Positions 1-12,712 of a stretch of DNA of 64,000 bases are shown here, one piece after another (the first letter of the stretch is position 1; each line of letters begins with the position of its first letter). A program made the position numbers and the translations under genes. Source of the stretch: Heterodontus francisci (lineage: Eukaryota). The stretch spans positions 16,232,963 to 16,296,962 of the forward strand of contig NC_090412.1 in the NCBI RefSeq assembly GCF_036365525.1. Reading direction: 5' to 3'. Under the pieces are notes generated by a model. It did not search any database and was not told where the DNA came from. It worked only from the letters and a program-made list of their open reading frames with translations.

Positions 1-84
1 CTGTTTACATCCCTCCAAATCAAAATCATTCATTAACCATTATTCTCTATTTTGTGCCCTCTAACTAACATCCTTTTTTTAAAA

Positions 85-156
85 AATTCATTCACAGGAT
101 ATGGGCATCAATGCAAAGTCAGCATTTATTGCCCATTCCTTGTTGCCCATGAGTAG
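85..156 (-). mobile_element. 3' tail of an old LINE/SINE, interrupted by the CR1 at 157 and resuming at 3195-3240
   Basis: ATTCATTCACAGGATATGGGC...CAGCATTTATTGCCCATTCC...GCCCATGAG matches the tail at 20527-20610. The continuation GGTGGTGGTAAGC follows the CR1 end. Confidence 0.6.
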
Positions 157-3100
157 AATGGCAGGGGAATGGGAATCTGAGCAGGGAGACAAAAGAGGGA
201 GGAATAAGGATAGAGATGAAAGACAGAAAGGTAAGAAGCAAAAGTGGAAGGCAGAGAAAACAAGGGCGAGAAACAAATGTGGCCATAGTGCAAAATGAAG
301 CTAGGATGATTAACAATGTTAAAAAGACAAGTCTAAAGGCATTGTGTCTTAATGCGCGGAGCATTCGCAATAAGGTAGATGAATTAACAGCGCAAATAGA
401 TATAAATGGTTATGATATAGATACGATTACGGAGACATGACTGCAGGGTGATCAGGGAACTGAACATCCAGGAGTATTCAATATTTAGGAAGGACAGGCA
501 AAAAGGGAAAATGAGGTGGGGTAGCTTTGTTAGTAAAGGGGGATAACAATGTAATAGTGAGAAAGGATATTGGCTTGGAAAATCATGATGTGGAATCTGT
601 ATGGATGGAGCTAAGAAACACCAAGGGACAGAAAACATTGGTGGGAGTTATCTATAGGCCCCCAAACAGTAGAGGAGATGTAAGGGATGGCATTAAACAG
701 GAAATTAGAGATGCACGCAATAAGGGTACAACTGTAATCATGGGTGATTTTAATCTACATATAGATTGGTCAAACCAAATTAGCAATAATACTGCTGAGG
801 AGGATTTCCTGGAGTGCGTACGTGATGGTTTTTTAGACCAATACGTTGAGGAACCAACTAAAGAACAGGCTATCCTAGACTAGGTATTGTGCAATGAGAA
901 AGGATTAATTAATAATCTTATTGTGCGGGGTCCCTTGGGGAGGAGCGAACAGTACATGATAGAATTCTTCATTAAGATGGAGAGTGATGTAGTTGAATCC
1001 AAAACTAGGGTCCTGAATCTAAATAAAGGAAACTACGAAAGTATGAGGCGCGAGTTGGCTATGGTAGATTGGGGAACTTCACTAAAAGGGTTGACGGTGG
1101 ATAGGCAATGGATAATATTTAAAGAACGTGTGCTTGAATTACAACAATTATTCATTCCTGTCTGGTGCAAAAATAAAACCGGAAAAGGTGGCTCAACCGT
1201 GGCTTACAAAAGAAATTAGGGATCATATTAGATCCAAGGAGGAGGCATATAATATTGCCAGAAAAAGCAGCAAGTCTGAGGATTGAGAGCAGTTTAGAAT
1301 TCAGAAAAGGAGGACAAAGAGATTGATTAAGTGGGGGGAAATAGAGTATGAAAGTAGTGTGGGGAACATAAAAACTGACTAAAAGCTTCTATAGGTATGT
1401 GAAGAGAAAAAGATTGGTGAAGACAAATGTAGGTCCCTTACAGTCAGAAACAGGGGAATTTATTATGGGGAACAAAGAAATGGCTGACCAACTAACTGCA
1501 TACTTTGGTTCTGTCTTCACAAAGGAGGATACAAATAACATACCAGAAATGTTGGGGAACACAGGGTTTAGTGAGACGGAGGAACTGAAGGAAATCAGTA
1601 TTAGAGAGAAATGGCGACGGAGAAATTGATGGGATTGAAGGCCGATAAATCCCCACGGCCTGATAATCTACATCCCAGAGTACTTAAGGAAGTGGCCCCA
1701 GAAATAGTGGATGCATTGGTGGTCATCTTTCAAGATTCTATAAACTCTGGAACAGTTCCTACAGGTTGGAGGGTAGCTAATGTAACCCCACTATTTAAAA
1801 AAGGGAGGTAGAGAGAAAACTGGGAATTATAGACCAGTCAGCCTGATGTCAGTAGTGGGGAAAATTCTAGAGTCCATTATCAAAGATTTTATAGCAGAGC
1901 ACTTGGAGAACAGCGGTAGAATCGGACAGTCAGCATGGATTTACGAAAGGGAAATCATGCTTGACAAATCTACTAGAATTCTTCGAGGATGTAACTAGTA
2001 GAGTTGATGAGGGGGAGCCAATGGATGTGGTTTATTTGGACTTTCAGAAGGCTTTCGACAAAGTCCCAAATAAGAGATTAGCATGTAAAATTAAAGCGCT
2101 TGGGATTGGGGGTAATGTATTGTGATGGATAGAAAATTGGTTGGCAGACAGGAAACAAAGAGTAGGAATAAACGGGTCTTTTTCCGAATGGCAGGCAGTG
2201 ACTAGTGGGGTACCGCAGGGATCGGTGCTAGGACCCCAGCTATTCACAATATATATTAATGATTTAGATGAAGGAACTAAATGTAATATCTCCAAATTTG
2301 AAGATAACACAAAACTGGGTGGGAGGGTGAGTTGTGAGGAGGATGCAAAGAGGCTTCAGGGTGATTTGGACAAGTTGAGTAAGAGGGCAAATGCATGGCA
2401 GATGCAGTATAATGTAGATAAATGTGAGGTTATCCACTTTGGTAGCAAAAACAGGAAGGCAGATTATTATCTGAACAGCTATAAACAGAGAGGGGAATAT
2501 GCAACGTGACCTGGGTGTTCTCGTACACCAGTTGCTGAAGGTAAGCATGCAGGCGCAACAGGCAGTAAAAAAGGCAAATGGTATGTTGGCCTTCGTAGCA
2601 AGAGGATTCGAGTACAGGAGCAGGGATGTCTTGCTGCAATTATACAGGGCCTTGGTGAGGCCACACCTGGAATATTGTGTGCAGTTCTGGTCTCCTTATC
2701 TGAGGAAGGATGTTCTTGCTATAGAGGGAGTGCGGCGAAGGTTTCCAAGACTGATTCCTGGGATGGCGGGACTGACGTGAGGAGAGATTGGGTCGGTTAG
2801 GATTATATTCACTGGATTTCAGAAGAGTGAGGGAGGGATCCCATGGAAACCTATAAAATTCTAACAGGACTTGACAGGGTAGATGCAGGAAGGATGTTCC
2901 TGATGGTGGGGGAGTCTAAGGATACGGGGTATGCCATTTAGAACCGAGATGAGGAGAAATTTCTTCACTCAGAGGGTGGTGAACCTGTGTAATTCTCTTC
3001 CGCAGAAGGCAGTGGAGGCCAAGTCATTAAATATATTCAAGAAGGATGTAGATGTATTTCTTAATGCAAAAGGGATCAAGGGATACGGAGAGAAAGTGGG

Positions 3101-3194
3101 AACACGGTACTGAATTAGATGATCAGCCATGATCTTTTTTGAATGGCGGAGCAGGGCCGAATGGCCTACTCCTGCTCCTATTTTCTATGTTTCT
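157..3194 (+). mobile_element. CR1-clade LINE, 5'-truncated (end of ORF1 plus a disrupted ORF2 with APE endonuclease and RT)
   Basis: ORF fragments include LNARSIRNK, VGVIYRPP, IMGDFNL, KSPRPDNLHPRVLKE, GVPQGSVLGPQLFTIYINDL and LVRPHLEYCVQFWSP. Tail is TTTTCTATGTTTCT. Multiple stops and frameshifts. Confidence 0.95.
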
Positions 3195-4425
3195 AGTAGG
3201 TGGTGGTAAGCAGTCCATATGGTGAAGGTACTCCCAAGGTGACTTTTTCATCGCAGTTTGGTACAACTGCGTGGGTTGCTGGACCATTTCAGAGTTCAGA
3301 CCCCTAGATTGTCAGTCTGGTAACATTAACTACTATGCTCCTATAACCTTTTAATGACCTGCTTTAACTTCATCAGCAAGCCTCATATACAGCACTTTAT
3401 CAAACTACTATATTTCCTATCAAATTTGTCAGCTATGACCTGCCTTTTATCAATCTGCATTGGCTGTCCTAAGTTAACCCATGACGTTCCAGGTGATTAT
3501 TCATTTGATCCTGTATTACGGCTTCCAGAAACTTACCCACTATGCATGTTAGTCAGACTGATCTATAGTTACCTGTCGTATCCTTTGTTTTTGAATGGAA
3601 CCATTACACAGGAAAATTTCCAAGCCTCTGGCAAAACTTCCATATCCAAAGGTATTTTAAAGATTGAGGTCAAAACCTCTGCTTTTTTCTCTCTGGTTTC
3701 TTTCCCCCCCCCCCCCCCAACCCCCCACCCCACTCCCACATTCAGGGCCTGGTGCCTTTCCACTTTGAGTTTCACCAATTCTTTGTTTAGTTTAGTGCAG
3801 GAATCTTTCTAATTCAATATGTAGTATCATAATTGCTTTGATGCGGCTCCTCAGAGTTCAATTGTGCACAACTGAGTATCCCAGAAAGAGAAGACGTTTG
3901 GATACACCTAGCCTGAGCAGCTGAGTATGAGGCTATTCAACCACATGATGCATCACAGCTGACCCCAAGCCCATTCTCTGACAAATGCACAAATTATCAA
4001 ATAGTAGTGGGAACCCTGACCAATTTTCATGCCCCCAGTTCGCTGCCTCCCCACACCTCCACAAACAAACTCAGGGCTCCTGAGGCCACTTATATTGAGA
4101 TCAGCTAACAGCACAGACTGCAAATCAAACCCGAGACCTTCCTAGTCTGCACGCCTCAGCTACTCAATGCCTTAACCAGCTGCCCCATACTTTCTTAGTT
4201 AACGATGCCATTCCTTTATGCCGTCTCACTCACATATTCCTGTTATTCCAGTCTGTACTTGGTTGGCATCCCTGTAGTTGCTCTAACCTGACTCACTTGT
4301 TTAAACAATTTTTTACTCTGTAGTCAATTACTTGTACAATTTTCACTTGCTTGTATCCTAGTCATTCAGAAAAATTACACATTTACTATAAACATGTTCT
4401 AAACTGTGTCATATTATATTCCCAC

Positions 4426-4535
4426 CTCTGAAAAGGACAGCTCCCTTTTCCTCAGAATGGTGTTCATTAAACGAGGTTTCACTATTTCATATTTCTCTAC
4501 TTCAGGAAGTGGTTCAGACAAGGCAGAACATCCAG
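4426..4535 (-). CDS. ADAM8: ADAM8-like metalloprotease exon 2 (end of signal peptide, start of prodomain)
   Basis: Bounded by ttttttctgcag and gtggga. Translates (A)GCSALSEPLPEVEKYEIVKPRLMNTILRKRELSFSE, with the YE[IV]VxP motif typical of ADAM prodomain starts. Phase 1 matches exon 1. The ADAM8 name rests on its position next to TUBGCP2. Confidence 0.8.
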
Positions 4536-5122
4536 CTGCAGAAAAAAAGCAAGTCAGCGGGTTAGAAATAACCACAAAGTTTGTAATTTCAAATAATTCA
4601 TAACACTACAGTATAATTAACATTGAAGTGCATAATAAACAAATTATAATTTGGTGACAAATATGTCAACCATCAGTGTTTAAGGTCTGTTCAGATGGGT
4701 TCTAAATGTGTAGTTCCATTATAGCCTGTGGATTTTAAACTATAGCATAAGTATAAAATTCTAAAAATCAAGCAGCATTATATTTCCATTAACTTCTCTG
4801 ATTTGCCTATAAAGTTTGGAACATTTTAAACATATTCAATTGATGAGGTAACAGATATGCCAAAGGCAGATTTAACTAGGAGATGATAAAACGTTTTGAA
4901 ATTAGTTTTGCCAAGAACTCGTCATTGCATAAAATTCTGGGATGTTTAAAAATTAGATGCAAGAGTATCAGCATTTGGGATATATTGAAGTAATCCGGGA
5001 TAAAAGGATGGAGTCAGAGATAGTGGTTTCAGTTCTATCAACTAAATGGTAAAGGATTTAAAAAACTGAACTCTTTATATTTAATGTATTACACTCATGA
5101 ATAATGCGAGATTTAAACTTAC

Positions 5123-5174
5123 CGTATGTTGTATATACAAGCAATAACACAAATCTACTAGAAATCCAGTGCAT
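5123..5174 (-). CDS. ADAM8: ADAM8-like exon 1 coding part (signal peptide)
   Basis: AGGATG start gives MHWISSRFVLLLVYTTY + G, then donor gtaagt. Hydrophobic signal-peptide core; joins exon 2 in frame (GCT, Ala). Confidence 0.78.
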
Positions 5175-5209
5175 CCTGCTCTAGGACGGGGTTTCTCCCT
5201 GAAGGACAC

Positions 5210-5345
5210 AGAATACATATATCCCTGCTTGCTGAGTGAGGATCAGTACATTTACTATCACACTGAGAATGACTCACTGCCACAAACCCCGCCTGACTGT
5301 TACTGCCATTGGATCACTCAGGCTCCAATCAGCTCCAATTAGTTG
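5210..5345 (-). promoter_or_regulatory. Proximal promoter of the ADAM8-like gene
   Basis: AT-rich ATATATAT near 5215-5222, AP-1 site TGACTCA 5270-5276, GC box CCCCGCC 5287-5293 and CCAAT motifs 5308-5340, all just upstream of the ATG. A second AP-1 site TGAGTCA is at 5626-5632. Confidence 0.5.
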
Positions 5346-6828
5346 CAAAGTAGTGGGTTAAGAGTTAACACTGAGGCATAGTGTGTGACCGCAAAGATTT
5401 CTTGGTTGCTTCTCTTTTTGACAGATTAATCTCTTGAATAATTTTTACTCTAGTTAATTGGTATTTTTAAAGCATATAAAAGATCCATTTGAAAGCGAGG
5501 AATTAGCAAGAAAGCAATGCCTGCGGGTAGAGCGGACCCGGAGGTTTGCAAGTCGCTTGTTTTGAGCGGAGCACTTCTTTAAGGTTAGATTTTAGGGGCA
5601 GGGCAGAGCCGAACAAACGTCAGGCTGAGTCAGCAATGAAACATATAGACCCGGACCCGCACCTTTTCCGGAAAGGGCCTCCGTGTTGAGCAGTTCCAGC
5701 ATCGATAATGTCAAGGAATAGAAATTTACGTCCATATTAATTCCTGATCAAATACTCCCACAGACTCCCAGTCCTGATTGTTAGGATAGGAGTGGAGATG
5801 AACCGTGTTTGTTTTACACACACTCTCATATTGCTTTCAATGAGAAAATTACAATTCCCATGATGTGAAAGTTTTAACAAAAAGGGTAAAACTTTTCCTC
5901 CTTGTGTTCCAACTGAGAATTGGAGGATGGGCATAGCACATTATAGTTGGTTGCCACAGACTCACATCCCCACTATTGTTCAGTGGAGGGCAGCTAACTT
6001 CCCCAGAATAGGAGAAAATTGCCTTGTTTGACTCTCGTACACCACCTAGTGGCTGGTCATAGAGCAATATTGGCAGAGGCCTGAGAGGAGACTTTTAAGT
6101 ATTTCGCTGACACAGCATGGTGAAAGATAGATAGGGAAATTGAATAAAGTACCCTAAAATAGCAGAAAATGGCAAGCGGAAATGGCAGGAAAATTGAGTC
6201 TTTGCACAAGGCAGGATGATGGCAACTGTGTATGTACATGCTGTCTGTCCATCTAATTCCAAGGGCATAATTGCTACTCAAAACACTAATCATTTGAAAA
6301 ATAAGAGCTTTGCTTGAATATAGAAATATAAAATAAAAATACAAACTTAAAGAAAGTCTCTAAACTGGGCCCCTTGTCTACAGTTATTATGTAAGCCTCT
6401 GTAAAGTGCTTATTTGAGTCTTTCTGATCCTTAAATTGTATTTTATTGTAGAGAAACCTTAAAATGCAGAAATATAAATCCATTCTAAATGATACCGTGC
6501 CAGAACATCTTAGCCTGGATCCTCAATAAAACTTAATTTAAAAAAACATAAATTACCTATGCAAAGCAATCAATGGCACAGATTAATGACCGAGGTAATT
6601 TTAGTTCCTCAGGCGAATTTCATGGCCTGTCCACAGTTCCAGAACTTCAGGTCAGCCAATGATCTACTTTTGCAAATTTAGAGTGCACTGAAATTTTGAG
6701 CCATTAGCAACATTGCTGACCTGTCATGTAGCTATTCCTTTCGACAGAAACACAATTCATTCACAAAATGTAGCCTTATTCATATTTTCTCCATCTTTTT
6801 TCATTTTTTGTGGAAGCATGCATATGAG

Positions 6829-7872
6829 GTTAGCTGAGTGACAGGAAACAGACAGTACTGGTGAATTTTTTTTGGATTGGAGGAAGGTATACAGTGGGGT
6901 TCCCCTGGGGTTGGTATTAGGACCACTGCTTTTCTTGATCTATATTAATGACCCAGACTTGGATGTGCAGGACACAATTTCAAAATTTGCAAATGGCACA
7001 AAACTTGGAAGTATGGAGAACTGCGAGGATAGTGATAGACTTCAAGAGGGCGTGGACAGTCTGGTAGAATGGGCAGACACGTGGCCGATGGAATTTAATG
7101 CAGAGAAGCATGAAGTGATACATTTTGGTAGGAAGAATGAGAGGAGAGGCAATATAAATTATACAATTCTAAAGGGAGTGCAGGAGCAGAGGGACCTGGA
7201 GGTGTAGGTGCACAAATTGTTCAAGGTGGCAGGGCAGCATGACAAAGTGGTTAATAAGGCATACGGGATCCTGGGCTTTATAAATAGAGGCATAGAGTAC
7301 AAAAGCGAGGAAATTATAGTGAACCATTATAAAACACTGGTTTAGCTTCAACTGGAGTATTGTGTCCAATTCTGGGCACCGCACTTTAGGAAGGATGTGA
7401 AGAGAAGATGCAGAAAAGATTTACATGAATGGTTCCAGGCGATGAGGGATGCCAGTTACGTGGATAGATTGGAGTTGCTGAAGCTGTTCTCTTTAGAGAA
7501 GAGAAGATTAGGGAGGAGATTTGATAAAGATGTTCAAAATCATGAGGACAGGATAGGGAGAAACTGATCCCTTTAGCAGAAGGGTCAAGAACCAGAGGAC
7601 ACTGACTTAAGGTGAATAACAAAAGAAACAAAGGCGACATGAGGAAAAACTTTTTTATGCATCGAGTGGTTAGCATCTGGAATGCATTGAGAGTGTTGTG
7701 GGTGCAGATTCAATCGTGGCTTTCAAAAGGGAATTGGATAATTATCTGAAGAGAAAAAAATTGCAGGGCTACAGGGAAAAGGCATGGGAGTGGCACTAAC
7801 TGAACTGCTTTTGCAGAAAGGTGGCCTAGACACAATGGGCACTTCTGTGCTGTAAACATTCTATGACTCTAT
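6829..7872 (+). mobile_element. CR1 LINE 3' fragment (older subfamily)
   Basis: ORF 6872-7207 GVPLGLVLGPLLFLIYINDPDL; tail ATTCTATGACTCTAT. Confidence 0.9.
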
Positions 7873-9189
7873 TCCTCCAGTAGAAAAAAATGGTTCTTCT
7901 CTACATTTAGTGGAAGGCTTGTCTCAATTTCCTCCCCAAGTGTTTGTGTCATTTCAACAGGAAATCTAATGACTCCCGCAGTGGATTAACTTTCTTACAC
8001 TTGCATTCACAGCTCACATATAAAGAACAGCAACCTGGCCAAGGTTTTGAATGAATGGCATCACCTGTGGAACTGTTCTCCATGTGAGTCTGCACTTTCA
8101 GAACAGAAGATTGTGCATCATTTCAAAAATAATTACATTTTATTTGTACATAATTGAAGCGAGGCCTATTTACTGGCTCCTTCTGAAAGGATTTCCTTTG
8201 TTTTTGAGCCTGGGTTTCAGCAAATACAATGTCTAAGGACATAGCTACTTCAGTAATTATGTTCCGACAACTTCCCGGAAGGGAGTCATCAACATAGTAA
8301 TTGCATCGTGTTTGGCCGCATATCCCAGGCTTTGGAAATGCTTTATGAATGCAAATGAGCTGAGAAAGCAGGCAAAGTCATTATGTGTAATGGTTGACCC
8401 ATCCGGAAACCTCCTGAAAGGAAGGCAGTTGTTTTAAAATTGCCACCAGTAATCACAAAAGGCTTTTGGCATAAAGCCTTGCAATAGCTGCTTCCCCAGA
8501 ATTCTGTCCAACCATACTTCTATACCATGGCAGTGAAACAAAGAGTCATCATAAGACCCATAAGTTTAATGACTTGATTCAAATGCTTTTGTTACTTCAG
8601 TTCAGGAAACTGTCTAAGGTAATGGTGTAAGTTAAGGACAAATTTCAGTCTCACTGGAATATCATTGCCTTCATTGTTAGGAGGGCAATATACTTACTGG
8701 TGTTACATAATGTAAAATCAATAAACATCTACATTACAAGTATAGTCAAGTGTTTCACTCTCTGCTCGTCTGCAAGATGTGTGCACGTTTACAAATAACC
8801 TGCTTGCGTGGGCTGCCATCCAGACTCAGTAAGGAGTATGCTGCAGCAACTACCTAGTCTCACTGCCATCTTATTGGCTGCAGGTATGACTTTGATAAGA
8901 TCAAAACTGCACACTTTATATTGAATTATATGAAAAAAACATCCATGATGGCACCACGTACCATGAGGCCGATGGCATAGCTGATGCTGAATGTAATCAG
9001 TAGCTGAGGAAATCCCACTTGAAAAATTATTTCCAACCCATTGTATCTGGGATCCACTGTTTAATCTGTGGTCACTCATTCTGAACTAATGTAGGTTCCA
9101 TCAGTTTGCAAAGAACTTATTGCAAAAAATGTGATGATGTTCTGGCTATATTGGAGGACAAAGGATGATTCTCATTGAGAGAACTTTGA

Positions 9190-9600
9190 GGTGCCCCAGC
9201 GGTTAACTGCACCAGCCAGTTCAGAACTGAGATGTACAGATCACAAGGTCCTCATGTCTGATTCATAGTTCATGCCAAGTTAGTTGCTGCCAGTTTTTTT
9301 TAGCAATAGACACATTATACCTGGCCTCAGTGCTCAGGGAAGGGAAGAAAATCAGTCAAGGCCTCTCTTGATTGCAATTCATTGATTTCTGATGCCAAAT
9401 GTGAATGCATGCCTCGATACCAGGGAGGATTGAGCTTAGCAACTATGATCTCCACAGTCAAATACCTTATAAATACTGACTGCCATGGCTCACGCATGAA
9501 CAATGGCTATGGGGCAAAGTACTTGAGATGGGTTGTGGAACTGTATCCCAACAAAGTCAACGCCTTCAGGGAAAAAGGGGAGAAAATGGGAGGGGAATAA
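9190..9600 (+). mobile_element. Old SINE-like interspersed repeat (family also near 13810-14130, 22440-22740, 47360-47600)
   Basis: Shared degenerate blocks such as CCACAGT[C]AAATA, GGCTCAC..TGA, GTGGAACTG and AGTCAACGCCTTCAGG followed by a purine-rich tail. Confidence 0.5.
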
Positions 9601-9791
9601 ACTGAATTTTTTTTTTAAAGACAACACTTTGAATTTGAGAAATGGAAATCAATAAATGAACAGAATTATTAGAGAATGCTTTAGATTTTGGGAAATCTGT
9701 GATGTGTGCACTGGTATCCCAGTATAATTAGTCACAAGCCTTTCTGCGTTAACCAAATGGGTCAAATTTCTGACACATCTGTCTAGGAGCA

Positions 9792-10702
9792 ATGTTCAGT
9801 GTCAGCATCTGCATTTCAAATCAAATGAAAGAAGCTCCTAGGTATTATGTCTGACTACACCACATGTACAACCTAATACACAAAAACAATTGGGCACTTT
9901 TCAACAAAGAAAACTTTAGTTTCTAAGATAACATTTAAAATACTTTTAACTGGCAACAATTACATGGATATAAGGAGGATGGTACATGTACATTCCCTTC
10001 AACCCTCTCAACTAATAGCAATCACGTTAAAAGCCACCATTCCGATTGTCTTTATAGCAGCTATATGATAACAGGAGGTACGTTGTTCCCTCTGCTGCTG
10101 AAAGCTATAGATTTGAATTATATTAAAGTACTATTGATTATGTTTTCCATACATCTGGACACCTTTTACTTAACTGTACATCAAGTAGACTGACTGCTAC
10201 CTCCCTGGCCACTTGTGTAATATCAACTGATACAATACCTTTAAAGAACAAGATAAATACATTGTTAGTTAAGAGTAGAAAGGTCAAGGTAGCTGATCCT
10301 CCTGGTTGCGAACTGGTAGTTGTAGCAATGAGAAGATACTAGATTTTAATTTTCGTTGAGACAGCTGATAGTGGGGTAGTAGTTTGGGTCTGGTATAGAT
10401 ATGCCAATTATTTTTGTTAGCAGTAGCACTGGTGAAAAAATAGGATAAAAAGCCAACATCAAAAAAGTTCTCTACCTAGAGGCAAGGAAGCCTAGAGCCT
10501 CCTCCTCAAAAGGGAGTTCCAGTCTTGAATGGGATAAAGTCACTTGTTTAATTTTGAAATAAAATTGCATTGAGTGCAAGGGTGAAATCATATTTTTGTC
10601 TGGAATAACTGGACTTGGGGAAAATTATGATGCAAAGCACTTTCACAAACTGCCATGTTCAGTGTCAGCATCTGCATTTCAAATCAAATGAAAGAAGCTC
10701 CT
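9792..10702 (+). repeat. Perfect 48-bp direct repeat (9792-9839 and 10655-10702)
   Basis: ATGTTCAGTGTCAGCATCTGCATTTCAAATCAAATGAAAGAAGCTCCT occurs twice, identical. Confidence 0.95.
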
Positions 10703-10917
10703 CAAATTGTTCTGCAGCAGAAATTGATTATAAAATTCAGCAGGTCATTCCTAATATAGAAAATCTTTCTTTTTTCCCTTTATTTGAAGTAACTTCAGAT
10801 TCATACTAGATGTTCTAGGATATATTGCCCAATTGGCTATGCTCAATAGGTGGACTGAAAGGGGCATAACCTTAGTAAAATTGTAAGAATCCATTACATC
10901 GGATTTCAGGTCAGTTA

Positions 10918-11272
10918 GGGCGGCACAGTGGCGCAGTGGTTAGCACCGCAGCCTCACAGCTCCAGGGACCCGGGTTCGATTCCAGGTACTGCCTGTGTGG
11001 AGTTTGCAAGTTCTCCCTGTGTCTGCGTGGGTTTTCTCCGGGTGCTCCGGTTTCCTCCCACAAGCCAAAAGACTTGCAGGTTGATAGGTAAATTGGCCAT
11101 TATAAATTGTCACTAGTGTAGGTAGGTGGTAGGGAAATATTGGGACAGGTGGGGATGTTTGGTAGGAATATGGGATTAGCGTAGGGTTAGTATAAATGGG
11201 TGGTTGATGTTCGGCACAGACTCGGTGGGCCGAAGGGCCTGTTTCAGTGCTGTATCTCTAATCTAATCTAAT
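10918..11272 (+). mobile_element. Full-length HE1-like V-SINE (tRNA-derived)
   Basis: A box TGGCGCAGTGG, B box GGTTCGATTCC, V-domain GTGTGGAGTTTGCA...CTGCGTGGG...GGTGCTCCGGTTTCCTCCCACA, CR1-like tail ending (CTAAT)n. Confidence 0.9.
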
Positions 11273-12712
11273 GTTCCATTCAATTATGGAGCTAGGTTTA
11301 ACATCACCATTGGAAATATCCACCAGTTCCCAGGTTGTTGCATTAAAGTCAGGCCCCAATGATGTTGTTCAGATGTTCATGTAATTTCTCCAAGTTTATG
11401 CTGGAATAACAGTCAGTCAATTAGTCATGTACCAGGTACTGCTTGTGCCTGTGCTATTTACAGAAATGGTCAGAAAGGCTGCCACATTAGCAATAAAGCA
11501 GCATTTTGGGGCTTTTACAGACCTTTTTATCTGCATTTGTCTCTTTCCTGTTTCCACTTAAATGGTCAGGCTTTCTACCACCTGTTTTGGTACAGCCATT
11601 ATTTTGATACATCCACAACATTTGGACAATAGGTTTCTCCCATTATGTTTTTTGGAAGAGGATCAGCATTGTAATGAGGTGGACTGCACCTCAGGGCCAG
11701 TAGTTTCACACCTGTAACTACCTGGCAATGACCACCAGCACTGGCTAGAGGCTCCAGAGTAGTAAAGGCCCAGATGAAAAGGTGCACATTCTGCTGCAAG
11801 AACTAGATCTAACATGTACCATTTAGCTGGCAACAGTCAACTGCCCCTCCTCTTCCATCTGCGTCCAAGTTGCTGGGGACTCAATAGAACATGACCCTGA
11901 GTAATGTACCCCTCAGATCTGCGGGAGGGGGCATAAGTAGCTGCAATAATTAATAATCAGCTGAAATTTGCATAAAGGGAACCAAATTGGACACACAGTT
12001 TCATTCCAAATACTGACACAGCAGGTCCACACTAATCAGAAATATAAAAAAAACCACATGAAGACACACATTGTGTCCTTGGGGAGACCAGAGGCAAGAA
12101 TCGCCTATTCACTTCATACTTTTCACAACTAATAATAGGTCGTTTTGATTTACTTATGATGGATGCACATCTACATTAGAAACTACCTATCATTGAGCAA
12201 TGGCTAAGTCTAACTCAAACAACTGGTGCAGAAAATGGAATCAACTCGTGTCCTCAGTGATTTTCAGAAACTGCCATTGAGGGCAGCTGATTTTGAAAAC
12301 TATTGTGCATAACCTTATGTTATTTCAGAACTGGGAGCACTTGAGTAGGAAAGGCTCAGCTTCCAAAATTTGATACTTCTTGCCTTGAAGAACACAAAAT
12401 TGGACAAAAAAATTAAAAGCACTATAAATTTAAAGCACTTCAAGAAAATCAAGCAGTTAAGAGTACGGCAGGCTCTCCCAGGAGCTCAGTGGGCTTACAC
12501 AGAGAGTAGCTGAATCATACTGAGCATGAAAGACCTAGATAGATTTATGGTTTATGCAAATTAGTTGATGACAGCCAGGGTATGCGGATGTGACAAGTTT
12601 GGACAAGTGTAGAAATGCCCGCAGCTATCGCGTGCCCCCTTCTCCATCCTTACTTTTGCGTTCAAACAAACTGCTGACAATCAGACATAATGGTCACATA
12701 TGAGTAATGACC

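Noticed and set aside
10918-10990. Possible tRNA gene (also 35004-35095)
   Set aside because: These are tRNA-derived SINE heads that continue into SINE bodies and tails.
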